In this document: in pieces, positions 1 through 14,200 of the stretch
Layout: each line of letters begins with the position of its first letter
Position numbering within the stretch: the stretch's first letter is position 1
NCBI GenBank assembly: GCA_002633005.1
Contig: NMRA01000045.1
Coordinates: 1,247,812-1,311,811 of the forward strand
DNA from: Phoronis australis
Taxonomy: Eukaryota > Animalia > Phoronida
Direction: 5' to 3'
DNA: 64,000 nt
The notes under the pieces: model-generated
What the model saw: only the letters and a program-made list of their open reading frames with translations
Databases searched by the model: none
What the model was told of the DNA's origin: nothing
Program-made: the position numbers and the translations under genes

Positions 1-700
1 TACGGCAAGGAGGACAGCTGTCTATGATTTTCCCACCTCGACTACAGTGGCGCCCCTAATGGCAATTTCATTTATTTCCCTGTTTTCTCTGTTTCTCTGA
101 AGTTCTTTGAGAGATTTTTCTGAATTTATGATAAAATAGCTTTCTATTAAGGAAATGATTACATGTTCCTGTTGTGGAATGGATTTGATGTATTTTGCGC
201 CATCTAGTGGCCATTGTGTTATAGTCTGGTTTGGCGTCCGCCCCTGTGTCAGCCAGACCACTCTAATTATGATTTTGAAATTTGGCATTTATGTTTCTAC
301 TGCGAAGAGAATGATGATTTTCAGACGACTTGAGACTCTTGTGGCACCTACTAGTGGCAATTTTTGTGTCTATGGCCATATCTCTTAAACCCTCTGCAGG
401 ATCTTCATTAAATTTGGCAATTGTTGACAATGGACAATTGGGCAAAACAACAACAACCCTTCCTTTTTGTGATGGATTCAATGTATTCCGTGTCAACTTG
501 TGTCCATTTTTATTTTTTTAGTCTGTTCTTTGTTGTATGCCAAGCTGCTCAGAGGATCATTGTGAAAATTGGCAGATGTGTTCCTACTAACAAGAACATA
601 ACTGACGGGGATTTTCCGACAGGTCCAACTGCTGTGGTGCCTCCTAGTGACATTCACATGAAACTTGCATGTTCTGTTACTTTATTTTGTTTCAAAAGTA
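1..700. mobile_element. Interspersed repeat (HINE/DINE-1-like family also at 4250-4790, 5645-6170, 9045-9104, 47018-47220)
   Basis: Shared motifs: TTATGCrCCCACAT start, GTCC-type microsatellite, CC[T/A]CTAGTGGCA, ACCACTCTAA, GAAATTTGGCA. The family assignment is inference. Confidence 0.5.
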
Positions 701-2141
701 TATCTGGAATTTAATTTTAAGAAGTTCTGGTTCTGTTGTCAAAATGAAAACATAAACATTCCTAGAAAGAACAAAAGTCTTGATTTTTGACAGTTGAGCT
801 CTCTTGCTAAAAGACCTAAAAGGATTATCATAAAAAACTTCTATTGTAGCTATAAGCTCAAAGAAACAGAATTTGTGAGATGTGTGCAAAAAACATGTGG
901 CTGTGAAATAACACTGTTTGAGAAAAAATGAAATGAACATGTGGCCATTATAAAATTTTGCGTTCAGCAAGGATTTTACAAATATATTGTTTCGTGGTAA
1001 GTTACTTAAGAATTTCGATCCTTGGTATAAAAGGTAACCTATTATATAATGATGGATTTTTCTGCGATGCAGTGCAACACCAATCGTTTTGTCAGTGGCA
1101 AGCTTCTTTATACGGTCGTGTAAAAATACTAGTGGAGATTAAAGAAACCTCTTCAGAGATGAGTCTTAAACGTACTAAGTTGTTTTGTGGTTTTACTCCA
1201 CTGATCTCTCTGTATGGCCATCCGACTCTGATGAGTACGCAGAAATTTAGCACGAGAGTGCGCCTGAAAATCTAGCGAGGGGGGTGGCATGTTGTATCCA
1301 TTGTTGGCGTTGGCAGATGGCTTGCAATCCATTGTCTCCATGATTTCTGATTTTTCTATGCCAGTACTGTTATCAGCTTTGCCAATCTAGGGTAAAATTC
1401 TCTTTAGAGTGAGTTGAAGATCCAGCCAGGAAACGATCGGCATGTGTCCAAATTTATTAGAATGTTAGACATTTATTTTTTCATTTTCTGGAATAGGAAT
1501 TTATTTTTATGTTCCCCACTTAAGTATCTACTAAAAGTTCAAATGGCTGTAACTCGCGTGCTTGGTTCCAAAGGTTTCAGTTTTAGTTCGCTAACATTTT
1601 ATGATGCTGCTACCTTTATTTGTTGCTTTTTACTTATCAACTAAACCATGACACAACGTGTTTTGTATTGCAAGCCCGCTTTTTAGTTGCTGCCATGTGT
1701 TTAATAGTTTTGCATTAAGCATTTTGAGTAGGTGTTTTGTGATGTTCTTGATACAGCCAATGCTTTGGCATTTCGTCTAAGAAATGAACTTTTGATTGAG
1801 ACCATTTACTGCTACAGAATTGGTCTCAATTATTCCAGATTAGAAGCGATAGTTTGTTATTGCTAGAAGCCATGCTCGGTGAATAAAATGACATGTCACC
1901 TTGTAGAAACTGGTCTCTAGCAATAACAAACTGTGTGTTCGTTCCAAGCCTGGAAGTCGGACCTATTTTGACAATGGTAATATTTGGAGCTAATTTCATA
2001 GTAGTGAGTGCTCTTAATTAAAGTTGGCTACTGTGGTGGAAAACTAATTCATATCCTCTTAAGGTATGCTGCTGTCTATGCAAAACATGTGTATACCTCT
2101 TAAGTGAGTTACCTTTAAGTGGTGCTCTTTGTTGTTTCCAG

Positions 2142-2275
2142 AACCGTGGAGTCCAATTGATCATGAAGCCAAGAAGTCGTACGATCGGGACTTTCTTTTG
2201 GGTCTACAGTTTGTTGATAAGTCGCTGGAGAAACCCGATGGCTTACCTCAGCTGTCTGAAGTTATTTTAGATAAG
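2142..2275 (+). CDS. EIF4G: eIF4G exon with eIF4E-binding motif
   Basis: ccag|AA...AAG|gtagg; [24 protein letters not shown] (YxxxxLphi). Confidence 0.93.
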
Positions 2276-5200
2276 GTAGGTTGTGTCAGGGCTTATGTGT
2301 AAAAGCTCATTAGTTAATATTATCTTGGGCAGCTGTGAGAAAAAAACAAATCATCTAATTGTTTGGTATTGTACACTTGCTTGGCAATACATCCTCAGAA
2401 TTAAAGGGTTCCAGAACTATGGGGTAAAGGAATGGTAGTCTATGGTTTGCGAAATCTGATAGACTCGCTGTGTTATTTAATGCTTACAGGTTGTCATGAT
2501 ATTCATTTATTTCAGCCAATCCTGGCCAGGAATGAAGCTGACAGGGGGGCAATGCCAAAAGGAGGTATTGTTGACTTCACACCTGGCTATGTCCGGTCTC
2601 CACGGGTAAGTGAGTTAAAATGTAGTTGAAGGTCTCTGAATAAACTACCATTCTTGTGGCCATTGTTTTTAACACTGTTCTGCCTGCACATGATAATTTA
2701 AAATTAGTTGTTTTTGCATCGTCACACAATTATAGACAGTAGGTGATATAAAATAAGCGGTAACTACTGTATTCTTAACAGGTATCATTAACTGCTCTTG
2801 CTAGACATTAGGTTTGCCATTTGAGTGAAGGCTCAAGTACTAGCAATAGACAAGTTATTTAACGTTAATGTTACAGGGAAGTATGGGTGGTGGTGGCAGG
2901 CGGTCTGGCCAGAGAGACCGGGGCCCTAAACCCCCTAAGGTCATTAATCTCCCCATTGATAAGAAGGAAGACGTACAGCTCCACCATGCGGAGAATGCCT
3001 GGAAACCTGGAAGCTTGAGGAAGGCTGACGATGACCCGGAAGTCCTCAAAACTGAGGTATTTGATTGTGTTCCCTTTGTCTATTCTGTTGCTGCAGAACC
3101 TGTTATATGAGCCAGTCCTGAATGTTTAGAAAATCTGGTTTTCTATTGGGTTGTACTAGTCACATATTGGAAATATGTCGTCATTTGTTTGACTTTCTGT
3201 GTCTGTCTACATTTTTTGGGTTCTCTAATGTGGCTCTCAGGTTCTTGTGAAACTTAAATACAAGCAAAGGTTCTCAAAAGGACTTTCTCTAGTGTATCAG
3301 TGTTGAATGTGCACCACAGCTTTGAACCACAAAAGCAATTAAAATTCCTACAACCATTATCAGTTGTTATGTATCTGTGTCGAATGTTTCAGTGACGTGT
3401 ATTGCACTGCTTAAGCTTGGTCGAAATTTTTGCCTGAAGCCATTTAGTGCATGCACAAGAACCATTTCTTAATTTATTTCCCATCATGCCTGTTAACTAT
3501 AACCTTACGTCTATTTCACAGGAATTGTACAAGAGAGTACGCAGTATTCTAAACAAACTCACACCACAGAAATTCCAGACCTTGGTCACCCAGGTCCTTG
3601 ACCTGACTATCGATACGGAGGACCGCTTGTCAGGCATCATAGACCTTGTGTTCGAAAAGGCCATCGATGAACCTAATTTCAGTGTAGCCTATGCAAATAT
3701 GTGCAAATACCTTATGCAGGTTGGTGAACAATGTTCATAAGGGCTGTTCCAGCAAAAAACGTATGGGAGGATGGGAAGGCACTTTCATTTTTTACCCACA
3801 GCCCAGTTTTTCTTTTATTTCTCTAACCCATGACCCATAATTTTTAATCAGGTAAAAATATAAAATACAACTTCCCATAATATTAAATTATGCTTGAAAT
3901 GTATATGGTTAAATTAGGTTTTATTCTCTTAAGATATTTTCGGTCTTCAGTGTTTCATGAGCCCACAGCGGTCCAGCAGACACATCATCGGCTCCCTCTG
4001 AGGCAAGGAATAAAAACTCGGGCATGCTTTCCAGTGAAGAGTGATAAATGAATTAATGAACAGGAATTTTGTTATGTGCCCTTCTTGTGCATTGCAAATG
4101 GCAGATGCTAAGAGTGCTCATTATTTCAAATTTCCTACAAGAAGGAACAACACTTCTTAACAAATTGCCTCTATGATGACAGAAAAGCACTATCTGTGTT
4201 GTCGAAAACTAAAGCAGTCGAGAGAGTGGTCAAATCAAAACGAAAATCGACTTCTGTCCGTGCATCCATCCCTGCCGTATATCTTCGTGCCAAATTTCAT
4301 CCAGTGGTGCCAAGCAGGTTTTGAGATAATCTACCTGTCTTGTCAAAAACTAAAATGGCCAACAGTAGGTGCTGCAGTAGCCAAATCTGTCCGAAAAATG
4401 ACTGGCGCCGTCGCATACCAGCCATCTATCTCTGTCAAATGGCATGATCCATTGAGCGCGTTTTCAAGATAATTGACGGACAAGCAATGACTTAAGCAGT
4501 GAAAGCCTAACAGAGTGTGCCACAGTTGTTGAATCTGTCCAAAAATTGACTGGTGCCAGGACATTTTTGTCATATACATCTGTATCGAATTTCATCGTGA
4601 TCTCTCAAGCAATTTTTGACATAATGGGCTTGTCGAAAACTAAAACTCCCAACATTGAGTACCACGGTAGCCAAATTCGTCCAAAAATCGACCGTCCAAG
4701 TACCTCTATATCAAATTTCATCATGATCCGATGAACGGACAGATGAACGGATGGACCGGATGCCGACTATATGTGGGTGCAGAAAAATTCCAAGTGAGAT
4801 CAACTCGTTTCATCAGAAACTTGCTTTTCACAAAGACACCTGTGAGCAATACTTTAGGCAGCCACCAGGTGTCTATTTCCACCATGTGTCTCTGTAATTT
4901 CAATAACATTTTTTCAATTTCCAGAATCTATGAATTTCAAAGTGTTTCCACGAACACTCGTAGGCTGCTATGCCAAATGAATATTGGAACTTTATGTGTT
5001 AGCACATTTAGTGTTGCAATAATTTTCATTCTAATATGGCTGTACAACCTCTGCCTGTAATCAAGTTACCCATGACTTGAGTAAAGGCATAGTGTACATA
5101 TTGCATTCTGTACACTGGTAACGTGGGCTTGCTTTGATGTTTTGGGTATTTTTGGGCATCTGCCAAGTGAATTTTTGGTGAGTTTTGAATTTTTTTCAGA

Positions 5201-8200
5201 TGGTATTGAGGTCATGTTTGACCGAAAATACCCACCTGTCGACATTTACCGGACAAAAATACCAACCACTTTTAATGATATACTTCCCATATTTTAAATT
5301 TTCTTCAAAAGACAACCACATAATTTTTATTTCAGCTGTCAGTCCCCCTCTGCCCTCCCATACGGATTTTGCTGGAGCAGCCCTTACGATAACTTCTGTT
5401 CAATTAATGATTTTATTGACTACTGAGGATTTTAAGACAGTGTCAATGTAAATGGGACTTATGTTGGGGGTTATTTTTATTTGCAGTTTGAGCAGTTTGT
5501 AGAAACAGAATTTGAATGCTTCTGTAGACACTTGTAAATCATTGTTAATTGTCTCACTAATCTTTTAGCCCTGGCTTCGACTGATTCAAACTTCAAATTT
5601 GAAATGAACAGATCGTGTAGTATTAGGTTTGGTCAAGTTCATTTGTTTATTATGCACCCACATGTTTATATGAGGGTGTGTTATGCCGCCATCCCTGTTC
5701 ATCCGTATGGCATCTGTTGCGCTATCTCCAAAACCCTTTGACGTATGTTCATGAAATTTTACAAAATGTTTCTTTCGTGGATGGAAAGGCGTGAGCTAAA
5801 GTTTGGACAGATCTGGCTACCAGTGTCCTCCTAGTGGCAATTTTAGTATTTAGGTTTCTTCTTTCTTTGGAGGTCCTTAATAGATTTTCATAAAATTTGG
5901 CTAATAGGTATCTATAAGAGAGGTATTTTGCGCCACCTATTGATCATTTTTACTGTTTTTGTTTGGTGTCCACCCCTTTACCAACCAAACCACTCTAAGG
6001 ATGATTGGGAGAATTGGTATATATGTTCCTACTGTGAAGAGAACGGCTGGCGACGATTTTCGGTTGAATTTGACTGCTGTGGCACCTGCTAGTGGCAGTT
6101 TTTTTGTGTCCTTCACTGTATCTCCAAAATCCTGTGCAAGACCTTTGTTAGTTTGGCAAGGCTATTTGTAGAACCATTCGTCATCTGGAAAGTTTTCCTT
6201 TACTTGTCATTGGTCATTACAAGCCCTCGTGTTTGATCCAATAGGTAAAAGTACCCGCAAAAGACAAACCAAATGAAGTAGTTGGCTTCCGCAAGCTTTT
6301 ACTGAGCAGATGTCAGCGAGAGTTTGAAAAGGATGCGTCTGAGGAGCATGACCTTGTCGAGATGCAGAAGAAGGTTGATGCGGCACCCAGTGTGAGTATT
6401 CACGTGACCAATAAGTACAGGATTTAATATAAACAAGCATGCTTAGTTGCTTGAATTCTGACTTTGTGGTATTGCTTCATGCCTTGCAGTTAGATTTGAA
6501 AATTTCCTTGTGTGAATTGTTATCCATTCTTTGAACAACGTCAATTGAAAAGTAAATTGGTTTCTTTTTTAAAAACTTATCAATTTTGTTCCTTGCCCAA
6601 GAGCAATATATGATAACCAGAAAAGTCGTTCATGTCTTCCTGAATCCTAGAAGTCTCCTTGTTGACCTTGTCCGATAACCAAGTCATTAAGCGACTGAAC
6701 TGGATTATCTTAGTACCATTTGAGTTTTGGAAAAAGTATACAGTACAGTTCATGCAAAACTAATGAAGAAAATGGGGTGGTAATTCTAAGATATATATTG
6801 TGCTTAACACGTCATTTGCCCGGCATGTCCTGTCCCTGGGTCTACAACACAGTAACATGATGATGTCATAGTTCAGCTGATCCTCATGCTGTATAAAACT
6901 TTCGCCCCTATCTGACACTGTGTTGGACTTACCTTGTGGCCGGCTGGTTTGTTGTTTGTGCTACCGACTTTTAATTAGTGTTCTTTCGTTCATTAGGAAG
7001 AGGAAAAGAAGAAACTCCAGGATGCATTGGAAGAAAAGATGTATATGGTCAAGCGAAGGTCACTAGGAAATATTAGGTAAATATTTGTCTTTAATCTTGT
7101 TAATGCAGCGAATTTCGAACTTCAATTATGAGTTTGGTGTTTATTCTTTAACTAACGAGTGCGTAATTTGAGTTGCAGTTTCAACACATAATTGAGCCAC
7201 TGTCACGTTTTGGCAAGACAATAGGCATTTGCTGCTCAAACTGGCTACTAGGGTATTAACTCCATCAACTGTTCTTTTAGTCCATGTGTGAAAACTCTTT
7301 AGTCCGTTAATATTACTCACAGGTTCATTGGAGAGCTATTTAAGTTAAAGATGTTGACAGAAGCAATCATGCATGACTGTTTGCTCAAACTTTTGAAGTC
7401 CATGGATGAAGACAGCTTGGAGTGTCTGTGCAGGCTATTAATGACAATAGGGAAAGATATAGATCATGAAAAAGCAAAGGTGAGTAAATTCCAGTACCAA
7501 GTGTGCTTATGTTTGCATTACGATTTGAGGTTTGACTACTTTTTGGCACTGAGGTTGTTACAAACATAATAGAGAAGTAAGTCTAGGGAATGTGAACCGT
7601 CAGTCTCATTCAAAACTGTGGATGCGTCACTTAAAACAATGAAAACAACACAGAATAAGCCCACAGTATTAAACACAGCCTATGAAACACCATTGAGTTA
7701 TAAACTAAATGACTTGACTAAGCGAAATACAACTTTCAAGGTCACAAAAATTGCCGAAGTGGCTGCACCCACTAAAAGTGTGACCTACAAAACATGCGAA
7801 AGACACAAAACTAGCCGCCGTGAAAACCACAAATACCAACAACATTCTCAGATATCTAGCAGTACAGTTACAAAACTATAAACATACTCAAGTGGTAATG
7901 AACATGCATTGCATTATCTTGTAACAAGCTACACAGCACGTCTGACTGTGTCAAAAGGTGCAGGTAGAATGCCCCAATCCAGTCACAAAATTAATAGATT
8001 CACACTTACTAACAGCGCCCCCAAGCGGCAACTGGCAACACCAGATGCAGTCAGCAGACATACACCTGAAATGAAAAGCTTCCATAACAGAGGTTAAAGT
8101 TCTGTGAGCTGTTTTACATGTAAAAAGTAATGGTAATGAACATTGATTATTTGCTTGCAGCCAAGGGTTGACCAATATTTCCAACAGATGAATAAGATTG

Positions 8201-11200
8201 TGATGCAGCGAAAAACATCTGCAAGGGTCAGGTTCATGTTACAAGATGTCATGGATTTACGCCAGGTTTGTGTTCGGCATTTGGCCGTGTTTATTATTTT
8301 AATTGTAATTGACATAGTTTAACATTTTGTCACTTGGCAATGAGGACGCGTAATGTTGTGATTGCTACATATGATCATTTGATATACGCTATTCTGAACC
8401 TTGTTTAGATTGTAGTTCAGATACAAAAACATATATGGAATTGGGGTTAGAGAAATTATGGTCATGCAATTTTCTTCAGAGTAATTGGGTTCCTCGACGT
8501 GCAGATAATAACCCCAAGACAATAGCCCAGATTCATCAAGAAGCTGCCAAAGAAGCTCAGGAAAAGACCATTTTGGCCCAGCAGAACCTGGAAAAGGCAA
8601 AGAAAGTTGGCAAAGAGAGAGGAAGTAAGTTTGAAAGGGTTGTGTTCGATGTGATGTATTGTACATTACATTGTGTGCTGTGTAAAATAAATAATGTAAA
8701 TTTGTGCTTCACACACTTAAGTTAGCTTGTGCAGTGAATTGGCTTGGTGGTTGAGACTATTTCAGGCAGTACTTAATGTTGATTTGTAGTTTTCTTGGCA
8801 GTTCATGTAGAAATAAGTTGTCATTAAATGAAACTGCTGTTATATGCAACAGGTCGTGATGAAACTGGTTGGAGTACTGTGAGTGCCTCAAAAGCTAGCC
8901 GGATAGATCCTTCCAAGATGAAGATCTCTAAAGTGAGTCTCTATGCTACAGGTTGTCCCAACAATGTACTCACACTTCTGATGGTAGGGTTTGTAATCAG
9001 CTCCTCTGGATGAGACTGTGCTTGGCCCTACTGTACGATTACTCCTTGTTATGCGCCCACATATTTATATGTGGACGCATTATGCCGTCATCTCCGTCCG
9101 TCCGNNNNNNNNNNNNNNNNNNNNNNNNNNNNNNNNNNNNNNNNNNNNNNNNNNNNNNNNNNNNNNNNNNNNNNNNNNNNNNNNNNNNNNNNNNNNNNNN
9201 NNNNNNNNNNNNNNNNNNNNNNNNNNNNNNNNNNNNNNNNNNNNNNNNNNNNNNNNNNNNNNNNNNNNNNNNNNNNNNNNNNNNNNNNNNNNNNNNNNNN
9301 NNNNNNNNNNNNNNNNNNNNNNNNNNNNNNNNNNNNNNNNNNNNNNNNNNNNNNNNNNNNNNNNNNNNNNNNNNNNNNNNNNNNNNNNNNNNNNNNNNNN
9401 NNNNNNNNNNNNNNNNNNNNNNNNNNNNNNNNNNNNNNNNNNNNNNNNNNNNNNNNNNNNNNNNNNNNNNNNNNNNNNNNNNNNNNNNNNNNNNNNNNNN
9501 NNNNNNNNNNNNNNNNNNNNNNNNNNNNNNNNNNNNNNNNNNNNNNNNNNNNNNNNNNNNNNNNNNNNNNNNNNNNNNNNNNNNNNNNNNNNNNNNNNNN
9601 NNNNNNNNNNNNNNNNNNNNNNNNNNNNNNNNNNNNNNNNNNNNNNNNNNNNNNNNNNNNNNNNNNNNNNNNNNNNNNNNNNNNNNNNNNNNNNNNNNNN
9701 NNNNNNNNNNNNNNNNNNNNNNNNNNNNNNNNNNNNNNNNNNNNNNNNNNNNNNNNNNNNNNNNNNNNNNNNNNNNNNNNNNNNNNNNNNNNNNNNNNNN
9801 NNNNNNNNNNNNNNNNNNNNNNNNNNNNNNNNNNNNNNNNNNNNNNNNNNNNNNNNNNNNNNNNNNNNNNNNNNNNNNNNNNNNNNNNNNNNNNNNNNNN
9901 NNNNNNNNNNNNNNNNNNNNNNNNNNNNNNNNNNNNNNNNNNNNNNNNNNNNNNNNNNNNNNNNNNNNNNNNNNNNNNNNNNNNNNNNNNNNNNNNNNNN
10001 NNNNNNNTATTTCACATTGACCTCTGTATTTTCATAGGTCTTCAGGTGTATACTTTGTGTTACTTCGTGACTATGAAGGAAAAGTTCCAAGTAGAAATTT
10101 GTTTCTGGCATTCTAATGCTGTGCTAATCTCGTATGTTGGTAAATTTGTTTTTAATTCTATGTTTCTGTGGTGCTTTAAGCAACTGATGCATAGGATGTG
10201 CTTGTATTATGAAGATCACTCACATTTTGAAACCTAACCTATTGAGGAGACAATGACCATGCCTTTCCATTTTGCAAAGTACAACATACTACATATATGC
10301 CCTCTACTGGCCACTTTATGGTACCAATAAACAACCCTAGAAGGATACCGTATATACGGTGCAATTGTGGGCGCATTTCAACGCTCTGCGTTGCTCTTGT
10401 TGTGAAAGTAGGCAGTGGAGCCATGACTTGCTGTCTGTTAAGGAATGGTAAACAAAGGACACTGATCAAAAATTTATTGCACAGTGCTACTGGAAACTCA
10501 AAGATGCCAAAGAACTGCACAGTCAGTCAACTTCACGAGTTAATCTAGGATGCACTTATTTTGCTTTAAAGTCAGGGTTCTTTTTTTATTAACTTTTCTT
10601 AAATTTAAACTAGTTAGCTTGTTCCTAATTCAATAAGCAAGGTTGTCATTTGAGGGTGGGTACATTTTGGGACACCCTGTAGTTCATTATTTATTTTGGG
10701 TTATGACCCTAACCATTATGGTGTCATCTGCCACTGTTGCGAAAGTATTTCATGTGAAGTGGTTTGAAAGTGTAATAAACACTCAATGCCTTCTTACATG
10801 CATTTTGTAGATGCTAAAACCTTGTAAAAATGCACAACTTTTCGAGATAGTGAGTCATTCTTAACTCATTCGATTCAGCTCATATGGGTGCTAGCAGTTA
10901 TATCCTAAAAGAAATAGTTTAGGCAAACTGCATTTTTCCACCTCTGCAAAAGCTGAGTGCTGAATCTGAGGTGTTCAAATTCTAGTACTTATGTGGAATT
11001 AGCAAACTGTTAGTTTTTTTTATGGGAATCTTTTTTGTGACTGACCGCAAGATGGCACCTCATTTCAAGTTTATATGAATAACTTTCTGAGGTTTTTGCT
11101 AGTTTCTGCTCTATCGGGACACAATACGTGATTTTCAAAATGTGATCTCACATTGAGTATTCTATAGTATAAAGAATCCATATTGATGCCTTCAGCGTAT

Positions 11201-14200
11201 AATTTTTGCTTGTTCTATTTAGCAAAATGTTGACGAGAATATCCAGCTGGGTCCTGGTGGCCGTCCAGGAGCGTTTGGTGCTTGGGGGCGTGGCAGTAGT
11301 GGAGGTGGTAAGCAGCAGGCCCAGGAGAATGACAGACCATCCACACCTGGCAACAGGTAAGCTAATTGCTCAAATCAGTTTTACAGTTACCTGCATGAAT
11401 TGATATTTTCTTGTGTCCGTTGATTAGGCAGTAGTAAGTAATGAAGTCACCTATGTTGTGTCTGTGTTGCACTCCTTCTTATAATAAAACCAAAAGCAGA
11501 TCCTCCTGTAATTTATACGTCTGTCATTTCATGACAGTTTCTTGAATACATGCTTTTTTCACTGGCTGCCTTCTTTTTGTGACTGTGGTAAAGTTTTTGA
11601 CACATCAATGCAAAGTGGGATCTTTAGTCATCACACAGTTCCGTCTGAGGTACAGTGTTGTTGTTGCCATTAGTAACCGAGTGTTACCTGTGCAGGTATG
11701 CTGCTCTTGGCGGTGGATCAGACATGGATAGGGGCAGAGGTGTAGGCAGAGGCATGGGCTCGGGTCGTGAGTCACCGAGGCCTAGCAGAGGCTCTTTGGG
11801 GTCAGCAGCTAGTCGTGGCAGAGTGCCATCAAGGCCTTCACAAGAAGATAAAGACAGGCAAGCTGCCATCAACGCTGCCAGGTGAGTGGATTCTGAAGAG
11901 ATCTTGTTGAATGTAGATATATTTTGCTCAATTTTTTTGTCCCTAGTTTTCCACTGAACGAAGCTGAAATCATTGTCGAAGTACAGTTGGTACCATTGAC
12001 TGATGTCAAATAAGGCTCATTCTACTCTTTTCCGTAGTTGAAAGCCTCTGTTCATAAGAACTGGTGAAGTGTTCTTTTCAGTCCGGTCAGAAATTTTAAT
12101 CATATCACTCACTCAAAGGTTCGGATTCTTATTCACACATTGATATACTTGCATGTGCTCTAGATCCATTGGACGCGGATCACGAGAGGGCTCAAGGGAT
12201 AATAGTCGTGAGCCCGCACCCAAGCCAGCTACTGCAACTCCGCCGTTGGAGAAACAACAAGAAATGCCTGACGAAACTCTGATGAGGAAAGCCAAATCTA
12301 TTATGGATGAGTTCTTGCATATTAATGATCTCAAGGTTAGTGTTATTTCAAAAAATTCTGTTGATATGTGTGTTGGGAAGTGGTACCAGTATGTTTAAAA
12401 ACCGCCCAGTTTATTCATCGAATTACTTGTAGAAGCTGGCTCATTTTGAATATGTTTACTTTGAGAAGGACTGAATTTAAAGATACTGCTTGATAAAAGT
12501 GTGACTAGTGTTTCCAAATGGCGTTACTATTCCTAGGATTGTGCTGAATCTAGCTCTTGTATTCCTTTGGTTTTAGTTATCAGTTTGAACATGATAGTAT
12601 GCTAGTCTGTGAAAAGCAGTTTCCCTACTTTTAGCTTCCATTGTAGTGCTGGAAAATTGCTAGAAATTCTCAGAAACAGTTTCCGTTGTTATAAGATGGA
12701 GATGATCACCAAATTATGCATATGTTCTGTGCAAGACTGCATGAAAGTGGCCAGGCTCTCATTTGCGACGTCATCTGGATGATCTACATTTGTGGCTGTC
12801 ATTCAGTGCATTTGTCCTGAATTTTTGCAGGAAGCAGTGTTGTGTGTGAAGGAGCTGGGTAACTTGTCTAACATGCATGTGTTTGTCACACAATGTCTTA
12901 ACCACGTCCTTGAACGGTCACAGAAGGCACGAGAACACGCGGGCAATCTACTTCATGATGTCGTCAAGTTGGGCTACATAACAGTTGACCAGTACATGAA
13001 GGGGTAGGCCATAAATTTGATCTGTGCATCTTCACAGTAAAATTAGTGCATTTTCAACTGAGGCAGGATAGCTTAACATGTGTATGAAACCCATAGGAAA
13101 TGCATGGTAATGCCAGCATGACTAAGGTGTTAGTTTGGGAAATTGTTCCCAAGTGTTTGTTTAGCATTTATAATAAACTAAAAAAAGTGCAAATGACGTG
13201 ATACCTTTTGTGATGGTCGTCCATTAGTTTCTGTTGATAAAAACGTACACGTAAATGCTGTGTTGATTCAGTCTGTGTTCTTTGCCGCCAGGTTGAAAGA
13301 CGTTCTGGAGTATGCTGAGGACATGGAAATTGACGTGCCCAAAATCTGGGTCTACTTATCTGAACTTATTAGTCCTATGGTGCAAGACACAAACTGTGTA
13401 CCACTCAGCTTCCTCAAAGATACGTGTCAGTCTCTCGTTGAAACTAATAAAGCAGGGAAACTTGTGGCTTCCATCCTTCACATAGCTAGTCAACGACTGG
13501 TGAGTTTGTGTTTACCGCTTCGCAGGTTGTTAATGTTTAACAGTATTAATAGTCAGTTACACAGGGAAAACTTATGGATGGGGTTTAATGAAGTATGTAG
13601 CAGATTCTGAATGTAGGTATAGTACCAACTGGTTACATTTGGGGAATGGGGTCTGGTTATGACACTGTTAAATGCAAAATATGGGAAAGGTGCCGTTTAG
13701 CAACCTCGCTACCTTATCCTGGGCATTATCATGAATAAACTAGAATCCAGTATGAGTAATGCTGGAGTGAATGAAATGTTCCTATTTGTAGGGAAGCAGT
13801 GTTGTTTTGAGAAGAACATTTGCTCATGGATTGCTTTCTAAATTAGCATGCCTTATGCGCAGATTTTCAAAACTTTCTCTATCACTACAGGGTCATCGAA
13901 GAGTTGGAGATTTGTGGCAACAAAATCAGTTGTTATGGACAGACTTCCTTCCAAGTGATGTAAATGTCAAAGATTTTGTCAATGACAATGTAAGTAACTT
14001 TTTTATACATTTATTAACAGTGAGCACATTTACAATAACACAAAAAGACAAGAACAACACAGATGCACACACACACACCTAATCCTCTTGACTACTAAGA
14101 ACAGTTTCATTACAAAATTACACCATGTTTTTTGTACAAATACTGTAGAATTCAAATCCTTACGAGCACTATACTTTTCACTATAAATGTAATATTGTTT

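Noticed and set aside
1225-1275. Hammerhead ribozyme core (CTGATGA...GAAA)
   Set aside because: No pairable stem II or flanking stems found.
7570-8092. Possible insertion with CATAA[T/C]AGAG flanks and short ORFs
   Set aside because: Imperfect TSD, no recognisable domain; unclassifiable intronic sequence.
8953-10237. Long ORFs of 339-388 aa
   Set aside because: Artefacts of the N gap (X runs).
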